Below, one piece after another: positions 29,144-36,941 of a stretch of 64,000 nucleotides of DNA. Each line of letters starts with the position of its first letter. Position 1 is the first letter of the stretch. Source of the DNA: Balneolaceae bacterium (GTDB taxonomy: Bacteria > Bacteroidota > Rhodothermia > Balneolales > Balneolaceae). Both the position numbers and the translations under genes were made by a program. The DNA lies in assembly GCA_017643365.1 (NCBI GenBank), contig JAEPNO010000004.1, forward strand, positions 77,085 through 141,084, written 5' to 3'. The notes under the pieces are model-generated. The model saw only the letters and a list, made by a program, of their open reading frames with translations, did not search any database and had not been told where the DNA came from.

Positions 29144-31135
29144 ATGCAGTTCAGATTTTTACTCACTTTACTTCTTACCCTTAGCTTTTCTGCTGCCGTA
29201 TTTTCGCAGAATAGTGATCAACCTAAATACGAGTTTCGCGCTACGTGGATGGCCACTGTTGTAAACCTAGATTGGCCGGCGTCAGGATCTTTACCTGTTC
29301 GATTTCAAAAACAAAGTTTAAAAGACCGCCTAGACGATATGAAAGAAGTGGGCATTAATGCCTTGTTCTTTCAAATCAGAACCGAAGGCGATGCATTGTA
29401 CGCATCCGATTTAGAGCCGTGGTCGAAATACCTTACCGGACAAGAAGGAAGGGCACCGGATCCATATTGGGATCCTCTTGAATTTGTGATAGAAGAAGCT
29501 CACAAACGAGGAATGGAATTACATGCGTGGTTGAATCCTTACCGAGCAATGAGAACAATACCGGATGATTTTTCTCAAAAAGCAATGGTGCAAAATATCG
29601 AAGAAGAGCATGAAGGCTTAACATCTTTCTTAAAAAAATATGAAGCCGAAGCTGAGTATTACAAAGCTAAAGGAACGACTGCCCGAGATTCGATGCATGT
29701 TGCAAACAAAAACCCTGAATGGTTGATGGTTATGAACGATGCCATCGCCATTATGAATCCGGGTTTACCTGAGGTTATCGATTATAACGTACAAGTGGTG
29801 ATGGATGTAGTTAACCGGTACGATATCGACGGAATACATTTCGATGATTACTTCTATCCATATCCACCAAATAATATGGGAAGTAACGATAACGAGTCGA
29901 TGGATGATTCAACTTTTGCTCAATACCCTCGTGGCTTCGATAATAAAGGAGATTGGCGCAGAAATAACATCGATATTTTTGTAGAAGCACTGCATGATTC
30001 CATCCAACAGGTGAAACCTTGGGTTAAGTTTGGAATAAGTCCTTTCGGAATCTGGAAATCGGGTGTACCATCCGGTATTAGCGGAATGGATGCATACAGC
30101 GTTATTTATGGCGATGCCTTAGCATGGATTCATGCGCAAACCATCGACTATATAACTCCTCAATTATATTGGGCAATTAGCCGGTTTGGAACCGGTCAGG
30201 ATTATAAGAAACTAGCGGATTGGTGGGCAGATGAGGCATTTGCCTACGACCGACATACCTATCCCGGACATGGATTGTATCGCTCAAGTAGTAGTACTTT
30301 CTCTGGATCACTATTTGCCGCAAATGAAATACCTAGGCAAGTTCAACATAATCGTGGTAATGATAAGATTACCGGAAGCGTGTTTTTTCGATCAAGCAAT
30401 CTAACAACATACAGTTCAAAAGGCTTTGCTGATACGCTTAAAACAAATTACTACCGTTTTCCTGCGCTACAACCAATCATGGATTGGAAAGACACTACTG
30501 CACCGGCAACTCCGGATCTTTTAACTGTAAACAGAGATACCGAAGCACAAAATACGTTTCATTTAGAATGGGATCGTCCTTCATTGGATATGAACACTAA
30601 AAATACGAGTGTATATCAAGATACTTTGCTTAAGTATGCCATCTATCGTGTGGATGCAGCAGAGCAACCGGATGCAATTAGCGCCATGGCATCTCCTGAA
30701 AATATGATTGCTGTAACAGGGCAAACTTCTTACACCGATGTTGCCCCACCATCGGAGCATAGCTATTGGTATTTTATTACTTCGGCCAGTAGAAATAATG
30801 TTGAAAGCGAACCTACCGAAGTTGAAGAGGCTGGTGTGGTTGTGAGTAATGAAGAACCAACAGAGCTTCCATCAACCATTTCACTTCAACAGAATTACCC
30901 GAATCCATTCAATCCCGCAACTTCGATAAGTTTTAAACTACCCGAAAGTGGCAATGCGCAGTTAGTTGTTTACAATTTGTTGGGACAGCAAGTGGCAACA
31001 ATCCACGAAGGCAGATTAAACGCCGGATCGCATACCTTCAGATTTGATGCATCAGGATTATCAACCGGTGTGTATGTATATCAATTGCGCTACAATGGTA
31101 CTGCTCTAACACGTAAAATGATGCTCATCAAATAA
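29144..31135 (+). CDS. Glycoside-hydrolase-like family 10 (GHL10/DUF187) protein with a T9SS C-terminal sorting domain
   Basis: The ATG at 29144 gives the signal peptide MQFRFLLTLLLTLSFSAAVFSQ. EFRATWMATVVNLDWP and GIHFDDYFYP are GHL10-like. The C-terminus reads LQQNYPNPFNPATSISF...KMMLIK. Confidence 0.8.
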   Translation: MQFRFLLTLLLTLSFSAAVFSQNSDQPKYEFRATWMATVVNLDWPASGSLPVRFQKQSLKDRLDDMKEVGINALFFQIRTEGDALYASDLEPWSKYLTGQEGRAPDPYWDPLEFVIEEAHKRGMELHAWLNPYRAMRTIPDDFSQKAMVQNIEEEHEGLTSFLKKYEAEAEYYKAKGTTARDSMHVANKNPEWLMVMNDAIAIMNPGLPEVIDYNVQVVMDVVNRYDIDGIHFDDYFYPYPPNNMGSNDNESMDDSTFAQYPRGFDNKGDWRRNNIDIFVEALHDSIQQVKPWVKFGISPFGIWKSGVPSGISGMDAYSVIYGDALAWIHAQTIDYITPQLYWAISRFGTGQDYKKLADWWADEAFAYDRHTYPGHGLYRSSSSTFSGSLFAANEIPRQVQHNRGNDKITGSVFFRSSNLTTYSSKGFADTLKTNYYRFPALQPIMDWKDTTAPATPDLLTVNRDTEAQNTFHLEWDRPSLDMNTKNTSVYQDTLLKYAIYRVDAAEQPDAISAMASPENMIAVTGQTSYTDVAPPSEHSYWYFITSASRNNVESEPTEVEEAGVVVSNEEPTELPSTISLQQNYPNPFNPATSISFKLPESGNAQLVVYNLLGQQVATIHEGRLNAGSHTFRFDASGLSTGVYVYQLRYNGTALTRKMMLIK

Positions 31136-31137
31136 AG

Positions 31138-32157
31138 ATGTCGAATCGAAGAAATTTCATCAAAAAAATTGGACTGGGCACTCTTGGAATAGGCGGAGCA
31201 ATTTCCGCCGGGTGCTTAACCAATGATGAGGTTTTTAACTTCGTTCATCTAACCGATACACATGTAACTTCTCGCCGGCAAGGCCACTTGGGGTATCAAG
31301 CATGTGTGGACTCGATTAATGCACTACAAACACCGCCTGATTTTGTATTGATGGGCGGCGATATGGTGTTTGATGGATTGTACAACGAAATGGATGAATA
31401 CGACGAGCAGATTCGACTTTTCAAAGAAATCAGCGAAGGGTTGAACATGCCGTATTACCCTTGCCTTGGAAATCATGATGTGCTCGGACTTTCTTCTAGA
31501 AGAAAGGTTCCGGTTGATCATCTGGGGATGGGAAGAAAATACATTATGGATGCTCTCGGTATGGATGATGCATATTATTCGTTCAATCATAAGGGATGGC
31601 ATTTTGTAGTGCTTAATTCCATTCATGAGATTGAATTAAGTCACGGTCCGGCTTATGAACATAAAATAGGGGAAGAGCAATTAGATTGGCTACGGTACGA
31701 TTTAGGAGCTCATAAAGACATGCCGACGATTGCCACATCTCATTACGCTGTGTTTAATCACCTTGGTCAAATCAATGCTGATCCTGATTTGAAGGCAATG
31801 AATCACCTGATTTTAAAAGACAACAAAAAGCTTCGCAATATTTTAGAACGGCATGGAGTAAAAGCGCTACTTCAAGGACATACACACATCAGCGAAGATT
31901 TTCGTTTTAACGATGTCTGGTACATTACTAGTCAGGCCGGATCAGCAGCATGGTGGGGTGGAAATTGGCTGGGTTTCGAACCGGGTTATAACGTTATGAC
32001 TTTAGGTAAAGATGAAATCCTCGATTGGAAAGCTCATACCTTTGAATGGGAGCATCAATTAGAACCGGATGACACCATCGAACGTGATCGCATTCTGGAA
32101 AGAGAAGAATTCAACGCCCGAATGGATAGCCTTTATCAGGCTGAAATTTCTGGGTGA
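31138..32157 (+). CDS. Tat-signal calcineurin-like metallophosphoesterase
   Basis: Twin-arginine leader SNRRNFIKKIGLG, plus LTDTHV, GGDMV, GNHD and GHTH metallophosphatase motifs. Confidence 0.8.
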   Translation: MSNRRNFIKKIGLGTLGIGGAISAGCLTNDEVFNFVHLTDTHVTSRRQGHLGYQACVDSINALQTPPDFVLMGGDMVFDGLYNEMDEYDEQIRLFKEISEGLNMPYYPCLGNHDVLGLSSRRKVPVDHLGMGRKYIMDALGMDDAYYSFNHKGWHFVVLNSIHEIELSHGPAYEHKIGEEQLDWLRYDLGAHKDMPTIATSHYAVFNHLGQINADPDLKAMNHLILKDNKKLRNILERHGVKALLQGHTHISEDFRFNDVWYITSQAGSAAWWGGNWLGFEPGYNVMTLGKDEILDWKAHTFEWEHQLEPDDTIERDRILEREEFNARMDSLYQAEISG

Positions 32158-32171
32158 TCTCTTCATTTGTT

Positions 32172-32313
32172 AACCCTTCTAGGGTTTCGATGAATATCGA
32201 ATTTCCTTCTCCTTCTTTTAGCAACCTTACTTCTTCTTTAACCCTTCTAGGGTTCCAAACCCTAGAAGGGTTAGCAAAACGAAAACGATGGATTTTAAAC
32301 CCTAGAAAGGTTG
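32172..32313. repeat. Cluster of nested palindromic intergenic repeat units (AACCCT-NNN-AGGGTT family)
   Basis: AACCCTTCTAGGGTT lies at 32172-32186. A perfect 16-bp-arm palindrome, TAACCCTTCTAGGGTT-CCA-AACCCTAGAAGGGTTA, lies at 32239-32273. The partial unit AAACCCTAGAAAGGTT lies at about 32297-32312. Confidence 0.85.
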
Positions 32314-32367
32314 TTAATTGGACAACGCATGGTTTGCAAAACCACGCTAGATTAGAACCTTTACCAA

Positions 32368-32389
32368 GTGAAGGACTTTAGTCCTTCAC
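32368..32389. repeat. Perfect 10-bp-stem hairpin just downstream of the nagX-like gene
   Basis: GTGAAGGACT-TT-AGTCCTTCAC lies 22 nt beyond the stop of the minus-strand gene that ends at 32411. Confidence 0.7.
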
Positions 32390-32410
32390 ACGATTACCCC
32401 ACAACACCAC

Positions 32411-33571
32411 CTAAACCTTGATAATGATATTCTTTTTCTTCATCCAGCGCGCCAGCAAGTAAAACAGAATTATCCAAGTGATGGCATACAGTAACGAGGC
32501 ATTTATCGGCGAAGCAACCGAGCGGTAAACAACTTCATACAAGAATGTTTTTAACGCATATTCTTGTCCGTTATAACTGAATTTGATGAGGAACATCAAT
32601 CGACCGATGATTCCACTTAAAAAGAAAACGGTGATGGCATTCAGCCCAAATGCAACGCCCCAATCAGTAAATCGTTGCTTCTCTTTCACATCTATAAACC
32701 AATAAGCCAGCCCGAAAAAGCACATTGCTTGTCCGCCGGTAAACAACGTATACGAGCTGGTCCAGATGTTTTTATTGATAGGAAAAACCCAACTCCAAAC
32801 ATACCCGAGGATGATCAGAATGAATCCCCAAACAAAAAATTGAAGAGTTCGACTCGATTCTGATTCGTGATCTTTCATCAACATTCGACCGGTCCAAATA
32901 CCGATTAACGTGCTACCGATTGCGGGAAAAGTGCTCAGGAATCCTTCAGGATCCCAGTTTTCTTTCCAGGTATGTCCTTCAAGCAATAATTGATCGATGT
33001 AAGCAGCAAGGTTTCCATCAGCGAGATGAATGGCCCCGGCGCCATGACCGGGAACGGGAATCAAGGTCATTGCCAGCCAATAGCCAACTAAAAGGGAACC
33101 GAGCGTAATCATTTGGGCTTTCGGCTTGGTGTATAAAAAAAGAAAAGCTCCAACTGCGTAGCAAATAGCGATACGCTGTAATACCCCGGGAATGCGAATG
33201 TCGATCAGGTTTGGGTGGAGTGAAAATCCCGATGTGAAAGAGAAATAGGGGAAAGCAGAAAGAGCCAATCCTAAACCGAAAATTTTGGCAGCTCTGATCA
33301 AAGTTTTTCGCGCTAAATCGGAATCCTGCGCGCCTTTGGCCTTAGCTTTTGTAAATGCGAGGACAATGGATACACCGACAATAAATAGAAAGAAAGGAAA
33401 GATCAGGTCTGTCGGGGTCCAACCATGCCAAGGAGCATGTTTCAAAGGGCCGTACATGTGCGACCAAGAACCCGGATTATTAACCAAAATCATTGCTGCA
33501 ACGGTAGCGCCCCGAAAGAAATCTAAAGAGACCAAACGCTTGCCCGACGAAATTCCGCTAAGTGTTGTCAT
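32411..33571 (-). CDS. Heparan-alpha-glucosaminide N-acetyltransferase-like membrane acyltransferase (DUF1624/DUF5009, NagX-like)
   Basis: The N-terminal signature is LVSLDFFRGATVAAMILVNNPGSWSHMYGPLKHAPWHGWTPTDLIFPFFLFIVG. 386-aa polytopic protein. Confidence 0.8.
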   Translation of the reverse strand: MTTLSGISSGKRLVSLDFFRGATVAAMILVNNPGSWSHMYGPLKHAPWHGWTPTDLIFPFFLFIVGVSIVLAFTKAKAKGAQDSDLARKTLIRAAKIFGLGLALSAFPYFSFTSGFSLHPNLIDIRIPGVLQRIAICYAVGAFLFLYTKPKAQMITLGSLLVGYWLAMTLIPVPGHGAGAIHLADGNLAAYIDQLLLEGHTWKENWDPEGFLSTFPAIGSTLIGIWTGRMLMKDHESESSRTLQFFVWGFILIILGYVWSWVFPINKNIWTSSYTLFTGGQAMCFFGLAYWFIDVKEKQRFTDWGVAFGLNAITVFFLSGIIGRLMFLIKFSYNGQEYALKTFLYEVVYRSVASPINASLLYAITWIILFYLLARWMKKKNIIIKV

Positions 33572-33670
33572 CAGAAAGTAAATTGTTTATAAGATGCCAT
33601 AAATAACGGCTTCTGATTGGGAATGGAAACACGGGATAACTATTTTTGCAACAATTAATTAAACGAATTG

Positions 33671-34528
33671 ATGAACATACTTGTAGCCGACAGCGGATCG
33701 ACCAAAACGGAATGGATTTTCAGTAAAAAATCAGGTGAGCAAATTACTTTGCACTCTGAAGGTTTGAATCCTTATTTCAAAGATGAGCTCCTTATTTCAG
33801 ATGTTTTACGAGAACAAGTAGCTTCGAAGATTGATGACCAAGTAGATAAAATCTATTTCTACGGGGCAGGCTGTAGCTCCCCAATCAAGCAGTTGGAAGT
33901 AGGCAAGGCATTAAAGAATTATTTCAAATCTGCTGAAATTGCAGTAGAGTCTGATCTGTTGGGCGCAGCGATTGCCTGTTTTGGTGATGATCCCGGGGTG
34001 GCATGTATTTTAGGTACGGGATCAAATGCGTGTATTTTCGATGGAGAGAAAATCACCACAAAAATTCCTTCTCTCGGTTTTACGTTGGGCGATGAAGGCT
34101 CCGGTGGACATTTCGGTAAACAACTTTTGCGCGCTTATTTCTACGAAACCATGCCCGAAGATTTAAGATCGGCGTTAGAGAGCCAGCACAATATGAACCT
34201 TGATACCATCTTGGAAAACGTGTATCAAAAACCGGCGCCCAATAAGTTTGTAGCTTCCTTTGCTCGGATGCTTGCCGATTATCCCGATCATCCTTTCATC
34301 AAAAAAATAGTGAAAGAAGGCTTCAGCGAATTCATCGATCAACAGCTGGGATATTTCGGCGACCGTATTTCGAAAATGGATATTGGATTTGTGGGATCCA
34401 TCGCCAAAATTCATGAACAAACACTAACAGCCGCACTTACTGAAAAGGGATTCAATCCACCTGCAGTGATTGTTCAAAAACCGATCGAAGGAATATTAGC
34501 CTACCACTTAAGAAAGAACGGAATCTAA
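33671..34528 (+). CDS. BadF/BadG/BcrA/BcrD-type ATPase (N-acetylglucosamine/amino-sugar kinase family), paralog 1
   Basis: ILVADSGSTKTEW (phosphate-1) and ILGTGSNA motifs. About 285 aa. ATG at 33671. Confidence 0.75.
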   Translation: MNILVADSGSTKTEWIFSKKSGEQITLHSEGLNPYFKDELLISDVLREQVASKIDDQVDKIYFYGAGCSSPIKQLEVGKALKNYFKSAEIAVESDLLGAAIACFGDDPGVACILGTGSNACIFDGEKITTKIPSLGFTLGDEGSGGHFGKQLLRAYFYETMPEDLRSALESQHNMNLDTILENVYQKPAPNKFVASFARMLADYPDHPFIKKIVKEGFSEFIDQQLGYFGDRISKMDIGFVGSIAKIHEQTLTAALTEKGFNPPAVIVQKPIEGILAYHLRKNGI

Positions 34529-35586
34529 AGATTACCTTTTAATTCTAGAATCCGTGCAACCGATTCGTCGATGCGTGAAAGCGGAATTTCACCATCGGAA
34601 ATGAGTTCTTCAACGGCGTCAATGGCATCGGATAGCAGGACTGGTTCAGGTAACAAATTGTTGCCAAAGCAGAACATATCAATGCCGGCATTTAATCCCA
34701 ATTTAAGCGAATCTTTTAAACTGTAGTGATCAGAAATGGCACGCATTTGCATGTCGTCCGAAATCACCACGCCGTTAAAGCCTAAATCATCACGTAGCAT
34801 TTTTGTTAATACGAATTCCGATAGCGTAGAAGGATTGTCCGCATCCCAATTTGAATTGAAGATGTGCGCCGTCATTATCATCTGACATAAATCTTTGTTA
34901 ATTAATGCTCGATATGGCTCTAACTCTTCTTCCAGCCAGGTATCAGAAACATCTACAAAACCGGCGTGTGTGTCGCCTAATGCGCTTCCATGTCCCGGAA
35001 AATGCTTGCAGCAGGTCAAAATTCGATGTGATCGATGCCCATGAATGTACGCCTCAGCATGTTTCGTTACTTTTGCTGCATCCCGACCAAAAGATCGTTC
35101 TCGTCCGGCAATAATCGAGCTTTTAGGTTGAATGGCTAAATCTACAACTGGGGCAAAGTTTAGATTGATGCCCGCATCCGACAACACACTTGCGATCAAC
35201 TCAGATTGCTCTTGGGTATAATCCAGATCATCGCGTTCGCCCAAATGTTGGTGCGACTTCGTTTCAGGGAATCCATACTCCGGTTTAAGTCGTTCGATAA
35301 TTCCACCTTCTTGATCAATCCCAATCAATAAAGGCAAATCGGCAGCTTCTTGAAGTTTCTTTGTGAGTGCTTGAAGTTGCTCGGGCGATTGGATGTTATG
35401 CACGGGTTTTTTGTGCACCATGTCGCGATCGAATAGAATAACACCGCCGGGATTTTCCTCTTTAATATCACGTAAAACCTGTGAGTTTTCTGAGACATCA
35501 GCCCCCCGAAAACCCATCATAAATAATTGCGCAATTTTCCGGCGTGTACTTTGTGACCGTAAGATTTGTAAATATTTGTCATTCAT
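34525..35586 (-). CDS. nagZ: Beta-N-acetylhexosaminidase NagZ (GH3 N-terminal domain)
   Basis: Contains IDQEGG, KHFPGHG and VISDDMQM, the GH3 NagZ motifs. Confidence 0.85.
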   Translation of the reverse strand: MNDKYLQILRSQSTRRKIAQLFMMGFRGADVSENSQVLRDIKEENPGGVILFDRDMVHKKPVHNIQSPEQLQALTKKLQEAADLPLLIGIDQEGGIIERLKPEYGFPETKSHQHLGERDDLDYTQEQSELIASVLSDAGINLNFAPVVDLAIQPKSSIIAGRERSFGRDAAKVTKHAEAYIHGHRSHRILTCCKHFPGHGSALGDTHAGFVDVSDTWLEEELEPYRALINKDLCQMIMTAHIFNSNWDADNPSTLSEFVLTKMLRDDLGFNGVVISDDMQMRAISDHYSLKDSLKLGLNAGIDMFCFGNNLLPEPVLLSDAIDAVEELISDGEIPLSRIDESVARILELKGNL

Positions 35587-35689
35587 GGCTTTAAGTTACA
35601 GGAAAAATGCCAAAAATTTAACGCTTCTGAGAACTTTTAACATAGATTGTATACCTTAAAAATCAGTTAAAAATTAAGTCACTTATTCT

Positions 35690-36937
35690 ATGATTCGAAT
35701 TGCTTTTCTATGCTTCATTTTCGCTTTTTCTATTGGGTGCAACCAATCAAAAGCACAGCAAGACCAACGGGTAAAAACGGGGATTGAGGTCCTTGCCGAA
35801 AATAATTTTGAACTCCTAAAAGGCAAGCGTGTTGGATTGATCACAAATGCTACTGGAGTAAACTCAGCTCTAGTTTCAACCATCGACTTAATCGATCAAG
35901 CCGAAGGTGTGGAGCTTGGCGCTTTATACGGACCTGAACACGGAGTACGAGGCGAGTATGCTGCCGGTGATAAGGTGAAAACGTACTTGGATGAGCGAAC
36001 CGGAGTGACTGTTTTTTCTTTATATGGGGCAACCCGAAAACCAACCGACGAAATGCTGGAAGGCATCGATGTATTGGTGTACGACATTCAGGATATCGGC
36101 TCGCGATCATATACTTACATAAGTACGATGGGCTTAGCGATGGATGCTGCAGCTGAAAAAGGAATTGAGTTTATTGTATTGGACCGACCAAATCCATTAG
36201 GTGGAAATAAAGTAGAAGGGAATATTGTGGAAGAGGGCTATGTGAGTTTTGTTAGCCAGTTTCCGGTGCCTTATATCTATGGGCTAACGCCGGGTGAGGT
36301 TGCTAAAATGATCAACGAAGAAGGTTGGTTAGATAGCGGTAAAAAAGTTGATCTCAAGGTGGTTCCACTCGAAGGCTGGAGCCGTTCCATGACTTTCGAT
36401 CAAACCGGATTACCATGGGTTCCAACTTCGCCACATATTCCACACGAATATTCGGCTTATTTTTATGTGGCAACCGGAGTGATGGGAGAACTCGGAGTGT
36501 TTTCAGAAGGTGTTGGATACACTTTGCCATTTCAGGTGTATGCTGCTGAGTGGATTGATGAAGCCGAACTCGCTAACGAAATGAATAAATTGAATTTACC
36601 GGGAGTAATTTTCCGTCCAACAGTTTTTAAGCCATTTTATGCGAAACATCAGGGTAAAGAATTACACGGTGTTCAAATTCATTTCTCTGATTTTGACCAA
36701 GCTGAACTGTTGAAACTCCAATTCTATTTCATGCAAGTTCATCATCAGCTTTACCCGGAAGTTGATGTATTTGAACAAGCCGAAAATCGCTGGTCGATGT
36801 TTGATAAAGTGAATGGTACCGACCAAATTCGACTAAAGTTCAGTGAAAATTATTTGGTTTCAGATATCGAAGAATACCTTGATAAAGACGTTCAATCATT
36901 CCGCGAAAAATCTCAAGCTTACTATCTCTACAATTAA
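35690..36937 (+). CDS. namZ: DUF1343 protein (exo-beta-N-acetylmuramidase NamZ family)
   Basis: Contains VGLITNATGVNS, LYGPEHG, VYDIQDIGSRSYTYIST and LDRPNPLGG, the typical DUF1343 pattern. Confidence 0.8.
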   Translation: MIRIAFLCFIFAFSIGCNQSKAQQDQRVKTGIEVLAENNFELLKGKRVGLITNATGVNSALVSTIDLIDQAEGVELGALYGPEHGVRGEYAAGDKVKTYLDERTGVTVFSLYGATRKPTDEMLEGIDVLVYDIQDIGSRSYTYISTMGLAMDAAAEKGIEFIVLDRPNPLGGNKVEGNIVEEGYVSFVSQFPVPYIYGLTPGEVAKMINEEGWLDSGKKVDLKVVPLEGWSRSMTFDQTGLPWVPTSPHIPHEYSAYFYVATGVMGELGVFSEGVGYTLPFQVYAAEWIDEAELANEMNKLNLPGVIFRPTVFKPFYAKHQGKELHGVQIHFSDFDQAELLKLQFYFMQVHHQLYPEVDVFEQAENRWSMFDKVNGTDQIRLKFSENYLVSDIEEYLDKDVQSFREKSQAYYLYN

Positions 36938-36941
36938 TTCC

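Noticed and set aside
32172-32313. The repeat cluster as a possible CRISPR array.
   Set aside because: The units are short self-complementary palindromes with irregular spacing. There are no unique spacers of constant length and no cas genes. Related copies occur singly at 38.8 and 49.9 kb. A REP-like element is the better description.
32154-32381. A 75-aa plus-strand ORF starting at the stop of the metallophosphoesterase gene.
   Set aside because: It runs entirely through the palindromic repeat cluster. Its sequence (…NPSRV…LTLLGFQTLEGL…) is dictated by the AACCCT/AGGGTT units. It has no recognisable domain and needs a GTG start overlapping the upstream stop. I treat it as non-coding.
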